63,522 nt of DNA, filler included, from Pirum gemmata (GCA_002812295.1; 28 parts of 28 records of this genome joined end to end with filler, not necessarily neighbours in it), one strand, 5' to 3'; shown: positions 12,398 through 24,899, counted from the whole stretch's first letter. Notes: generated by a model not told the origin, from the letters alone. Made by a program: numbers and translations.

Positions 12398-13985
12398 TTA
12401 TGATGAGTTTCGGTTGAAACAAGCTCACATAAGTTTTGTTGGGACAATTACAAAAGGTGGTAAAAGCAGTAAAGAGAAAAATGCCCGATGGAGGAAAGAG
12501 TGTTAGTATTGGCATTTGGTAAACTATTAGTACTGAATCTTATGCAATTAAAGCGAGAGTTTACTAAAGATACACTCCTCAATGACACAGTAAAATGTTT
12601 ACACTCATTACACTCATTGAAGTTTGTTTCATGAAATAAGGTGCAATAAGTTTTGTTGGGTCTATAAGAACGTAGTAAAATGAACAACAACAACAAATAG
12701 TCACGGAATCTGATACAGTAAAGTATATTAAAGCCTCTCCCAATTCTGCTCGATCCCGAAAACTCGAATTTCTGCTATCGAAAAAAAAGCCGAAATTCAG
12801 CCCTGTTCGAAAATTATTTTTTCCATTTTTTCGGGTTTATAAATAAATAAATATACTTGAATACTTAAATGTTAACTTAAATTTTCGAACTTATTTAATT
12901 AATGAATAGGCTCGAAAACTCGATTTTTTAACAAAGCAGAATTGGGAGAAAAGCCTGTTCCTTTGTGATATACTTCCTCGTGGACCTCATAAACACAGTA
13001 ATTGTTGTAAATTTAAGAATTAATGATCATTGTGTAGTAAAAAAAAGTAATAATGGTATTTAGTATACCATGTATTGGTACTGGAATCTTATGCAATAGC
13101 AATGAGAACGAGAGCTTACTAAAAAAAATACATAATAACAATTTATACTCATTGAAGTTTGTTCTATTTAGCAAGCTAACATAAGTTTTTGTTGGGACTG
13201 TGACAATGCGGGGAATGAGCGATCACAAAGTAACAAAGTGGCAAAAAGAAGTGAAACGTAATATGATGTATACAGGAATGTGAATGTTCATTATGACGTA
13301 CACTCCATGGAATAAAAGAATGAATTGTCTGGAAATTTAAGAATTAGTGGTAATGATATATAGAAAGGAAGGAATCATAATGTTGATTTTTGGTTATTAG
13401 TAGTACTGTGATCCTTAAAAAAAAAAAGCGAGGGTTTTTAAAAAATACACTCCTCAATGGAATCGCATGAATTTTCTGGAAATTTTAAGAATTGGTGGTA
13501 ATGATATAGTAAGTAAGGAGTAGCAATGTTGATTTTTGGTTGGTAGTACTGGGATCCTTAAAAAATAAAAGCGAGTTTAATAAAAATACACTCCTCAAAT
13601 GGTATAGTAAAACGTTTGCACTCGCTGAAGTTCGTTTCATTGCAGAAACTGAAGTGAGTTTGTTGGAATGGTACAAATGTGGTGAAATGAGAAATGGCAA
13701 AGTAACAAAGTGACAAAGAGAAAAGTCACGGAATCTGATACAAGAAAGTATATCGATGTTCATCGCGACACACCCATCATGAACCTTATGAGTAAAAACA
13801 TGAATTTCCTAAAAATTTAAGAATTGATTGCCATGGTATAGTAAAAGTTTGCTGGAACCGTGAGAATGTGGTAAAATGAGCAGTGATAAAGTGACAGCTT
13901 AGAATTTTCATCTGTTAATATCAGAAGGTGATACAGGAAAGTATATTGATGTTCATTGCAACATATCCATCATGGATATTCAGAA
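12398..13985. repeat. Highly diverged ~300-bp tandem units
   Basis: Shared motifs AAAGCGAG..TACACTCCTCAA (~12550, 13426, 13568), AGTCACGGAATCTGATAC (~12699, 13724), AAATTTAAGAATT (~13010, 13334, 13813). Confidence 0.7.
12732..12955 (+). mobile_element. MITE family A (~215-225 bp, TIR GGCCTCTCCCAATTCTGCT); other copies 997-1212(-), 1356-1563(+), 3627-3841(-), 52184-52409(+)
   Basis: Five dispersed homologous copies on different contigs; this copy has both TIRs (GCCTCTCCCAATTCTGCT...AGCAGAATTGGGAGA); intact ends usually abut TA. Confidence 0.85.
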
Positions 13986-14003
13986 TATATTTTATAATTA
14001 TCA

Positions 14004-14313
14004 TTTGGTCACATCATGTGCTGATAACGACTCAGATTTAGGGTTAATAGAAGAGCAAAGATAAGTGTAAATATATTTTCATATTATTATAGGTTGTTTC
14101 TTAGTCAATTATGATTATTAATTTTTGTGTGCTTTTGTTTATTTTATCAAAATATTCACTCCTATTTATACTACAAAACAATAGGAGGGAGCTTTGATAA
14201 AATAAATAAAAATGCACAAAAATAAATAATCACAATTGACTAAGAAACAATCTATAATACACTTATCTCTACTCTTCTATTAACTCTAAATCTGAATCGC
14301 TATTAGCACCAAA
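14004..14313. repeat. ~300-bp foldback (long inverted repeat with short loop)
   Basis: Left arm GTGCTGATAACGACTCAGATTTAGGGTTAATAGAAGAG...CTCCTAT pairs with right arm ATAGGAG...CTCTTCTATTAACTCTAAATCTGAATCGCTATTAGCAC. Confidence 0.9.
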
Positions 14314-14569
14314 CTTGTAATAATAATAATAATAATAATAATNNNNNNNNNNNNNNNNNNNNNNNNNNNNNNNNNNNNNNNNNNNNTTAATTAATTAANN
14401 NNNNNNNNNNNNNNNNNNNNNNNNNNNNNNNNNNNNNNNNNNAATAATAATAATAATAATAATGAATAATAAATAATAATAAATAATAATAATAATAATA
14501 ATAATGTTAATAAGAACAATAATAAATAATAATAATAGTAATAATACTAATAATACAAGGATATTTCAT

Positions 14570-16117
14570 TCACTTAAGTTTTTTTAAGTACTCAACACAT
14601 TTTTCATGTTTCCCATTTTGAGCAATGATTAAGGCAGTTTGTCCATGGGTATTGACCAAATCCACATCGGCCTTCCCCTTTTCAATCAACTCCTTCATGC
14701 ATTCAAAACGACCTTCAGAAACCGCATTCATCAACGCACTGTCCCCATATCTATCCACTATATTAACCCCAGCATTCGCCTTTACTAACTCTTTCACACA
14801 ATAATAATGACCTTCGTACGCGGATTGTATTAAAGCTGTATTCCCAGAATTATTTATAGCATTAACATCAGCACCTGCTTTAATTAATACTTTAACGCAC
14901 TCCACACGACCACATAAGGCTGCTCGCGTTAGGGCTGTACTACCATAACTATTGCGTTTATGCACATCCGCCTTTGCCCTAATCAACTCTTCGGCGCAAT
15001 CAAAATGACCATTGATCGCCGCAACCATCAATGCAGTGTCCCCAAACTTATCAGACTTATTAACATCTACTTTAGCCCTTATTAATTCTTTCAAGCAATC
15101 CAAGTCCCCCTTTTCGGCGGCTAACATAGTCAAAGTTTTACGATTTTCGTAAACTTTGCTTAAATCTGCTTTGCTTTCGATCAATTTTTTCAAACAATCA
15201 ACGTGGCCTCTTTTGACGGAAAAATATATTGGGGTTTGTTTGTTAGGATTAGTTTGGTTGGGGTTTTTGTTATTACGAACTAGGGCTTGAATGCATTTTA
15301 CATGCCCGTTTCGCGCAGCATCCAATAATGTCATACAATTCTTACAAGTTTTTAACTCCGTGCTGATAACTTTAGTAATCGATTGCGCGTTTAATCTTTT
15401 TAAAGTGTTCAAAATAGTTAAGTGAGCAAAAGTGTTTTTATCCAGTGTTTCTGCATACGCCAAGGGACTAAACCCATCTTCATTTAATAAATCAATAAAC
15501 ACTCCTTCTTTAACCAATACATTAACTATAGTTGGTCTTTCTAAGGCTATGGCTACATGAAACGGAGTGTTACCATTACGATCGAACGCAGTAAAATCAG
15601 CACCATACTTTAATAATAAACGAATCATATCAATATTTTGTTTTTTAACGGACTCATGCAATGCTGTTGTACTATAGTCACTATCCTTATTGCGAATGAC
15701 AATATTAGGATCAGCACCGTTTTTCAGAATGGATTTTAATAAATCAGTGTTTTCGTCTTCTATACAAACTTGTAGTACAGTAACGGTTTTTTCTTCTACT
15801 CCGACATTATGATATAAGTTGCTGTTTATAAATTGTTTTTTGGAATCCGCTGGAAGAGTATTTATCAATTTAGTGGCACTCTCTTTGATTGTAGTGTACT
15901 GTTCAATCATTGCTTTTAAGTTTTTTTCACGAATTTCGAAATTTTTCTTCATTTTCTCCAAATTCGTAGACAACTCAGCAAAATCAGATGCTGTATTTTT
16001 TTTTAATTCGTCATGATCTTTGGTTAATTTTTCTAAGTGAGTCGTTTTATTGGTAGCTAACATGTTTAAGTTAGCTTATAATATTGTTGTTGTTGTTGCT
16101 GTTGTTGTTATTGTTGC

Positions 16118-16151
<34 letters not shown>

Positions 16152-16216
16152 GCTGTTGTTGCTTTTCCTGTTGTTGTGAATTTTGTGCTTACTCTCTTTA
16201 ATCACTTCTCGATTAC
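14570..16216 (-). CDS. Ankyrin-repeat protein (~12 repeats, N-terminal coiled coil), 5'-partial; main exon 16056-14570 plus probable 24-nt microexon 16216-16193
   Basis: Repeated G-x-TAL-xx-A-xx-G-H-xx-C-V-xx-L-I-xx-GADVN units in the 497-aa ORF. CTAAC branch point + TTAG acceptor overlap the ORF-track ATG. The microexon AG|GTAATCGAGAAGTGATTAAAGAGA|GTAAGC joins in phase 1. Confidence 0.9.
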
Positions 16217-16523
16217 CTATTATTACTATTATTATTATTGGTATTCAAAATTAGAACAATTACAATGAGAATATTTCGATATTGCAATAGCATTAGTTTT
16301 AGCATTGGCATTAGAATTAGGGCCAATACTCCTTATTACAGTTAGTAAAAGTAGTAGTAGTAGTTGTTGTATTAGGAATAGTAGTAGTAGTAGTAGTAGA
16401 AATAGTAGTAGTAGTAGTAGTANNNNNNNNNNNNNNNNNNNNNNNNNNNNNNNNNNNNNNNNNNNNTTAATTAATTAANNNNNNNNNNNNNNNNNNNNNN
16501 NNNNNNNNNNNNNNNNNNNNNNA

Positions 16524-16661
16524 AATACAGGAAAAATTCTGAATTATTATGTTGATGAAACAGGAGCAGTGGTTGACGCTGTAACAAGTGTGGCAAACTT
16601 AAACAACAAAATCTATTTCGGCTCTTTAGTTAATCATTTCACTACTTGTTTTGAATTATAA
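16524..16661 (+). CDS. C-terminal fragment of a strictosidine synthase-like/APMAP six-bladed beta-propeller protein
   Basis: Translates NTGKILNYYVDETGAVVDAVTSVANLNNKIYFGSLVNHFTTCFEL*, matching the family C-terminal G-k-i-L...D-xx-G...v-T-s-v...k-L-Y-x-G-S pattern; too short for the ORF track. Confidence 0.7.
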   Translation, partial: NTGKILNYYVDETGAVVDAVTSVANLNNKIYFGSLVNHFTTCFEL

Positions 16662-17855
16662 TATGAATAGTAATGTTAACAGTAATATTCATAATAATAG
16701 GAGCAGTTATAGTATTAGTAATAGAAATAGAAATAGAAATAGAAATATTATTATTATTATTATTTTGGCTCTTTTGTAAACCATTTCACTACTTGTTTTG
16801 ATTTATAATATTAATAGTAATATTAATAGTAATATTCATAATAATAGAAACAGTTATAGTATTAGTAATAGAAATAGAAATAGAAATAGTATTATATTAT
16901 TATTATTATTATTATTAATAATAATTATGATATAATATTAATAGTAATATTAATAGTAATATTAATAGTAATATTCATAATAATAGAAACAGTTATAGTA
17001 TTAGTGAAATAGATATAGAATTATTATTATTATTATTATTAGTAATTATAATAGTAATAGTAATAGTAATAATAATAGTAATAGTAATAGGAATAGTAAA
17101 GTAAAAATAATGGTAGTTATAGTTCATAGTTATGACAATAGTAATAGTAGTATAGTAATGGTAATGGTAATAGCATATTAATAATGGTAGTAATACTATT
17201 ACTATTAATATTACTCTTACTGTTAATATTACTCTTACTGTTACTATTACTATTACTATTACTATTACTATTACTATTACTATTACTATTACTATTACTA
17301 TTACTATTACTATTACTATTGTAATCGTAATAGAAATAAAATTTGTAATAGTAATAGTAATAGTAATAGTAATAGTAATAGTAATAGTAACGGCAAAAGT
17401 AACAGCAATAGTAATAGTAATAGTAATAGTAATAGTAATAGAAATGGTAATAATAATATTATTAGTATGAGTTTTCGTTTTAGTAATAGTAATAGTAATT
17501 GTAATAGTAATAGTAACAGTAATAGTAATAGCAATAGTTATAATAATAATAATAATAATACTAATAGTAATAGTAATGGTAATGGTACGTAGTAATAGTA
17601 ATATGATAGTAATAGTAATAGTAATATTTTTAGTTACAGTAATTGGAAATTAATGTATTGTAAGAGGGAGAGGGGGGTTTAATGTTTCTATTTGGTTTGT
17701 TTTGCGGGTCTGTTTAAAATTTTATGTAACATAAATTTTGTTTATTTCGGCAAATTGTTAATGTACACTGCTTTTCTATGCTCTTAATTGGGCATGTTAT
17801 AGCACGATTATTTTTTTAAAATAAATTTTTTCAATATCACGGATTTCTATTATTT

Positions 17856-18350
17856 TTGGGTAATATATGTATATTGGTGTGCAATAACAATAAATCGGCA
17901 TAAAAAAGGTTTTATGATGTGCCTAATAACAATACATTGGTGTACGAAAGGTTTTCTAATATACCCAGTAACAATAAATCTGCGTAAATAATATTTTATA
18001 ATGTACCCAATAACAATAAAGCGTTGTAAAAAATATTTTATAATGTATCCAATAACAATAAATCGGTGTAAAAAAGGTTTTATAATGTACCCAATAACAA
18101 TAAATCGGTGTAAAAAGGGTTTTATAATGTACCCAATAACAATAAATCGGTGTAAAAAAGGTTTAATAATGTACCCAATAACAATAAATCGGTTGAAAAA
18201 AGGTTTTATAATGTACACAATAACAATAAATCAGCGTAAAAATATTTTATAATGTACCCAATAATAATACATCGGTGTAAAAAAAGGTTTTATAATGTAC
18301 CCAATTAACAATAAATTAGTGGAAAAATACTTTATAATATACCCAATAAC
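17856..18350. repeat. 42-bp minisatellite, ~11 copies
   Basis: Unit TTTATAATGTACCCAATAACAATAAATCGGTGTAAAAAAGGT. Confidence 0.95.
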
Positions 18351-18643
18351 TATTATTACTATTATTATTTATTATGATTATTATTAATATCACCAATGAT
18401 AATCATAATTATAGAGCTGGTTGGGGGTGGGAGTTTTACTGAGGATATTATTATTAGCACTATCATCATAACTATTACTATTATTATTACTATTATTNNN
18501 NNNNNNNNNNNNNNNNNNNNNNNNNNNNNNNNNNNNNNNNNTTAATTAATTAANNNNNNNNNNNNNNNNNNNNNNNNNNNNNNNNNNNNNNNNNNNNATT
18601 ATTATTATTATTATTATTAATTAATGTTTTATTGTTTTCTTAG

Positions 18644-20457
18644 GCTTGGTCAAAACAAAAAATTAAATATTAGTGGGAGACCTCCTCGTCCAATGGGATC
18701 ATTGGCTACAAGTAAAGTTTACCAAATCCAGGCAAAGACTTTTGTGTTTAATTCGATTGTGATCGAAACAACTGATTTCTATTTGTCACTCGATTTATTG
18801 TCGTTGATAGACAAAATAAAAGATGAATTGCGATTTTTAAGAGGTACGTAACTAAGCCTAAGCCTAAGCCTAAGCCTAAACCTAAACCCAAGCCTAAGCC
18901 TAAGCCTAAGCCTAAGCCTAAGCCTAAGCCTAAGCCTAAGCCTAAGCCTAAGCCTAAGCCTAAGCCTAAGCCTAAGCCTAAGCCNNNNNNNNNNNNNNNN
19001 NNNNNNNNNNNNNNNNNNNNNNNNNNNNNNNNNNNNNNNNNNNNNNNNNNNNNNNNNNNNNNNNNNNNNNNNNNNNNNNNNNNNNNNNNNNNNNNNNNNN
19101 NNNNNNNNNNNNNNNNNNNNNNNNNNNNNNNNNNNNNNNNNNNNNNNNNNNNNNNNNNNNNNNNNNNNNNNNNNNNNNNNNNNNNNNNNNNNNAGCCTAA
19201 GCCTAAGCCTAAGCCTAAGCCTAAGCCTAAGCCTAAGCCTAAGCCTAAGCCTAAGCCTAAGCCTAAGCCTAAGCCTAAGCCTAAGCCTAAGCCTAGGCCT
19301 AAGCCTAGGCCCAAGCCCAAGCCCAAGCCTAACCTTAACCTTAACCTTAACCTTAAGCTTAAGCCTAAGCCTAACCTTAACCTTAACCTTAGCCTTAACC
19401 TTAAGCCTAAGCCTAACCTTAGCCTTAACCTTAAGGCTAAAGGCTTGGTTTATAGTTGGTTTGGTGTTCCCTTTGCATTAACGCTATCGTTCAGGGGTTG
19501 TAGCTATGTAGCATGGCGTTAGTGCCCAAGGCCAAGGGCAAGCGTAACTTTAAGCTTAAGCTTAAGCCTAAGCCTAACCTTAACCTTAACCTTAAGGCTA
19601 AGGCTTGGTATAGAGTTCGGTGTTCCCTTTGCATTAAAGCTGTCGTTCATGTATTGTCGCTATGCAGCGTGGTGTTAGTGTTAGTATTAAGTGTTTAGGT
19701 CAGGTACAACCAGTGTGTGATAAGGTGGTATAAAGTTGGTTTGGGTGTTATAGGTTAAGGGTTCTGGGTGTGGAGGTAGAGGTGTGGGGCAAGTGATCTA
19801 GGGTTAGGGGTTGGGAGTTGGAGGCTAGAGGTTACAGATTACAGGTTAGAGGTTAGAGGTAAGAAGTTAGGGTTTAGGAATAAGGGTTAGGTTAAGGGTT
19901 AAGGGGCTAGGGGTTAAGGGGGTATGGGTTCAGGGGCTAAGGGTTTGAATTTAGGGGTTAGGGGACAGTGGTTAAGTTTCAAGTTTAAGTTTAAGGTTAA
20001 GGTTAAGGTTAAAGTTAAGGTTATGGTTATGGTTATGGTTAAAGTTAGGGTTATAGGATTATGGTTGGAGTTGGTATTAGGGAGGTTCAATGTTAAGTGT
20101 TAATGCTAATGTGTTAGTATTAGGGTTAGGGTTAGTGCTAATGCTAGTGTTGGTGTTAGTGTAAGTGTTAGTGTTAGTGTTCGTGATAGTTTTAGTGTTA
20201 GTGTTAGTTTTAATATTAGTTAAAAACATCATGATTAGGGTGATGGAGTAATACAGATAAACGAGTAGTTATTTTGAGCTGGTTATGTGGTATTATAATT
20301 TTCATTTTCATGTTTTTTTTCATAGTTTTCTTTATTATTAAGTAATTAAGTAATTCTTATTTTTATTTTTGTTAAATTTTAACTTAAAAAAAAATATGAA
20401 TTTTCAGAGAACTGGACTTACTCGCAGAGACCTCTATTTTCGCTACTTTTAGTTGAG
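18644..20457 (+). CDS. PHKB: Phosphorylase kinase regulatory subunit (beta/alpha, GH15-like), two internal exons 18644-18843 and 20408-20457
   Basis: LGQNKKLNISGRPPRPMGSLATSKVYQI...DFYLSLD...IDKIKDELRFLRENWTYSQRPLFSLLLVE aligns by eye with the PHKB segment LG.N.KLGLSGRP.RP.G.L.TSK.Y...DFY.S.D...I...W...RP; phase-1 GT-AG intron. Confidence 0.85.
18853..19440 (+). repeat. (TAAGCC)n grading into (TTAACC)n hexamer array inside the PHK intron
   Basis: Long perfect AAGCCT run spanning a scaffold gap, beginning 9 nt after the GT donor. Confidence 0.95.
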
Positions 20458-20766
20458 GTAAATTATAACACACATTAATACACCTTAGGCCAAGTCCTAG
20501 CCTAGCCCTAACCCTAACCCTAGCCTCTAACACCTAGCCCCCCCCCTAACCCTAACTCAAACCTAACTCTTAACCCTAACCCTAACCACCCTAACCCNNN
20601 NNNNNNNNNNNNNNNNNNNNNNNNNNNNNNNNNNNNNNNNNTTAATTAATTAANNNNNNNNNNNNNNNNNNNNNNNNNNNNNNNNNNNNNNNNNNNNTTT
20701 TTTGCACATACTTATAATTATATTTTACAATAATATATATATTTATTTAAATTTTTCTTTTTCATT

Positions 20767-21348
20767 ATGCAAGTTATAGGAAACTTAGTGTTATTTACAG
20801 CAGTTGTTTCTGCTGTATCAATTCCAGAACTAGAACAGCAACAACTACCACAACCAGAAGAATACGGTTACGTTAGTGGAGCTTTTTATAAAGTATGTGA
20901 TGGGGTTACCACTTTCTGCCATAGAGTTGTAAATCATTGTACTGATTGTTGTTGTGGTTCTCGCCCGACTTTTAACGAAGGTCCTCCAATATTTTTTGAT
21001 GATTATTTTTTAGAAAATAGAGAAGTTGATGAAAGAGGTTACGAAGGTGATATTGATGACTATCCTCGAGCTCGTCAACATAATGGTAGAGTGACACTTG
21101 GTAGACTAGTGGCAGTTGATAACGGAGTAGTAGAAGCTAATGTTAATGATGCTAATGAAGTAATGCCTGAAGATGTTCAGCAACCTTTACAACAAGTACC
21201 AGAACAACCGCGTTTAGATGGTTGGACTAATTGTTTGGCATGGGTTGGTCAGTGTGCTGCTAATCAAAGAAGAACTTATGATTATCAACAGGGTTGTCTA
21301 AATGCTAATAATAAGGCATTGTCTTGCAGTAGGAAATGTTGTATTTAA
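20767..21348 (+). CDS. Intronless 193-aa putative secreted orphan protein with Cys clusters and acidic middle
   Basis: Complete ATG-TAA ORF, GC-richer than flanks, hydrophobic N-terminus MQVIGNLVLFTAVVSA like a signal peptide; no recognisable family. Confidence 0.7.
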   Translation: MQVIGNLVLFTAVVSAVSIPELEQQQLPQPEEYGYVSGAFYKVCDGVTTFCHRVVNHCTDCCCGSRPTFNEGPPIFFDDYFLENREVDERGYEGDIDDYPRARQHNGRVTLGRLVAVDNGVVEANVNDANEVMPEDVQQPLQQVPEQPRLDGWTNCLAWVGQCAANQRRTYDYQQGCLNANNKALSCSRKCCI

Positions 21349-23261
21349 TTTCTTTTTTAGTATTGTAGAATATATTTGCTATTATAATATTATGTGATTG
21401 AAACGGATTTTTGTTCTTTTCGTTTATTTTGTCACTTTCAATATTTATTTGGACCCCTTGAAGTTGACGTAGTTGACATTTATTAAAATAATTAGATAGA
21501 TAATAAAATATAACAAATTAAATTAATTGGATTTATATTATATTGATTTGGTATGGGATGGTCTGTGTGTTGGTAATTGTTAGTAATAAAAAATTATTTA
21601 TAATTAGGGTTAGGATTAGGGTAGGATAATTTCTTGCATGTATTTTAATATAATTATTAAAATATAATATTATAAAAAAATCAATTCATTTAAATTGCAA
21701 TTGGGTTTTGAATTTTAAAATATGCATAATTTATTATTATATATTAATATAATTAATATATATTATGTGTGATTAGGGTTAGGGAATCTGGTTAGGGTTA
21801 GGGTTATAGTTAGGGTTATAGTTAGTGTTAGGGTTAAGCCTATAGGGTGAGGATTGGATTTATATTGTGCTTTTCATTTATTTTGTCATTCTGAATGTTT
21901 ATTTGAATTTACATTTCTAAATGAATAAAATGGATTTATATTGTATAATAACTGAAAAGAACAATATTTATTTTATATTTTATGATGACACAACAATTGT
22001 ATGTATTAAATGAGTTGAATTTTAATCGATTAGGATAGTGTTTGGAAGGTTAGGGTAAGGGTTTTTTGACACTGTTTTAAGAGTTAGTGTTATAATTAGC
22101 TATGGTATCAATTATTTTAATTAAGAACGTTTATGGTATACGTACGTATAGATATAATAATATTAATTATAATAATATTTTAACAGCCAAGCCGGATAAA
22201 ACTATAGAAATCTTTTTTTTTTTGGACTTCTTTTCAAAAAATGTTTAATAATAATTGGCCAAATTATTTTTAAAAACAAGCCATTGGTTATTAATAGTGT
22301 TTTATTAGTTATATGAGTTCTCAAACTTTGGTAGTACTTTTATTTAAATTGGATATTTTAGAGTTTTTTTTTGGTTTTTTGAGCTCATATGATAAGGCGG
22401 GTGTCTCCAATTTTATCCGGTTTAAATTTTTTTTTTTTTTTCAATTTTTGATTTTTAAAAACTATGTCATATTTATTATAAAACACAATTAAAAATTTTA
22501 TTATCATAATAATGAGCACTAATAATAGTACCAGTATTAATATTAATATAATATTATAATAGTCATATTTAGAATATTGATAAATCATCGGTGGTACGAT
22601 GTGCGAAAACTACATTTATATCCTATGATTTCTATATACAATAAATAATAATAATTATTGCCATAGTACTACTAGTGAATTAGCAAATAATAATAATNNN
22701 NNNNNNNNNNNNNNNNNNNNNNNNNNNNNNNNNNNNNNNNNTTAATTAATTAANNNNNNNNNNNNNNNNNNNNNNNNNNNNNNNNNNNNNNNNNNNNAAT
22801 AACAATAACAACAATAGTAATAATAACAATAATAATAATAATAATAATAATTACAACAACAATAACAATAACAATAACAATAACAATAACAATAACAATA
22901 ACAATAACAATAACAATAACAATAACAATAACAATAATAATAATAATAATAATAACAATAACAATAACAAAAACAATAATAATAACAATAACAATTTCAA
23001 TGTTAATTAAATAAACAAAAATTGTTATTATAATTATAATGAATAAGTTAATTAAATCAAATAATAATTTTGTTTATGATTGGTATTATAGAATACCAAT
23101 CATAAACATTTTTTTTTAATTTAATTAACTTATTCATTATAATTATAATAACAATTTTTGTTTATTTAACATTCAATAACAATAACAATAACAAGAACAA
23201 TAACAATAACAATAATAAAAATAACAATAACAATAACAATAAAAATAACAATAACAATTAC

Positions 23262-24613
23262 CAACAACACTAGTGAATTTTAGTCTATCTAGGGAGCGTA
23301 ATAAAGATAATGGATATACGATTGCACCACAAACTATTGTTATAAGCACTTGTCGGTTTAAAGGCCAATTCCATTCACTGGTAACGGTATATAACATCTA
23401 AAAGAGAATTTATTTTAGCATCAGCAATCAACAATATAACAATGATTAATTAAGATATAATGTTGTATAATCAACAAGACAATTATTATTATTACGAAAT
23501 AATAGGTAATATTAAATAATATTAATATTATTATCAAAATTAAAACTTTTAAAAAATAAATAAAACAAGTAAAATGTAATTCTAGGTAGATCTTTTCAAA
23601 CAATATAAAAAGTAAATAAAGTTGTATATGGTATTAGTGTTACGATCAATTTTTTACCTGTGAAATCAACAGCAAAAAACTAATTCCACCAGCCCAAGCA
23701 TAAATTGCAACTAATATATTTCCTAGCACTCGTACACGTTTGCCCAGAATAGCTTCTAACATCATTCCATAATTTTTAGCTTTCGTTTCTCGGGCGCAGT
23801 AAGTCAAAAGCAAATTCACATACATACTGGTAAACGACAATAGAACTATAAAAAATGTACCTAAGATCAATCCAGCACTGTAATAATATTATATATAAAT
23901 AGAAATATATATAATAATATAATATTATATATTATAATTATATTCAAACATTTTAAAATTAATAAATATCAATAATTTAAAATATTGTTCATAAAAAGTG
24001 TATAATATAATATATATAATTATGGCCCTGGAAATTGCCTAACTAATTCATAAGGTTTGGTGGATTAGTAATTATAGTATAATATAATATTATACCTATC
24101 TAGTACATAAGGTAAGGTAAGTTGACCGGCCCCCAACACACCCAAAGTTAAATTCGCAATTGACGCAAATAGTGTTGATTTTTTCTTTAAATTTATGTTA
24201 TTGCTATTATTATCTACATCATCAACATTAATAATATGATTTTTGCTATTTGTAATATGTTTTTCTTGGCATTGGGTTTCGGCAAGATTTCCATGTTCTT
24301 GATTTATCTGGGTAATATCTAGACCGTGATTGATATGTAAACCATCTATTCATACAAAAATTTAAATATTAATATAATACCCCTAAGTTATTTTTTTTAA
24401 AAAAATAAATAATATGGAATTGACGATTTTATATATTATATTATATATAATATGAATAACAATACGTGAATAACAATATTGTCATTTAATTAAAATATAA
24501 TTATTAATATATATTTAATTTATTTTAAGAAAAATAAATAAACTGGCAAACATAAAGAGATTGTGCAAACAAAAAGTGATACCTTGTTTAGTATTAAGGC
24601 ACTGAGTTGTCAT
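23262..24613 (-). CDS. Amino acid transporter, AAAP/SLC38/AVT family, 5' part; exons 24613-24583, 24345-24096, 23877-23658, 23397-23262
   Basis: STLFASIANLTLGVLGAGQLTLPY (TM1 motif), AGLILG, ETKAKNYG and YPLSLLRSLDRLKFTS; four exons join in phase with GT-AG. Confidence 0.9.
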
Positions 24614-24736
24614 TGTAATAACAATAAATATTTAAATTTGTTTGTGGGTAATAAAGATTATAATAATAATACAGCAAAATTTAATTATGAAAAATAGAAT
24701 TTGAAATTTTAAAGTAAGTTTTGTTTTATGTTTTAT

Positions 24737-24767
<31 letters not shown>

Positions 24768-24867
24768 NNNNNNNNNNNNNNNNNNNNNNNNNNNNNNNNN
24801 NNNNNNNNNNNTTAATTAATTAANNNNNNNNNNNNNNNNNNNNNNNNNNNNNNNNNNNNNNNNNNNN

Positions 24868-24899
<32 letters not shown>

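Noticed and set aside
17856..18350. 42-bp repeat as a CRISPR array or repeat-protein CDS
   Set aside because: Head-to-tail units with no unique spacers, no cas genes, eukaryotic context; ORFs on both strands arise because 42 is divisible by 3
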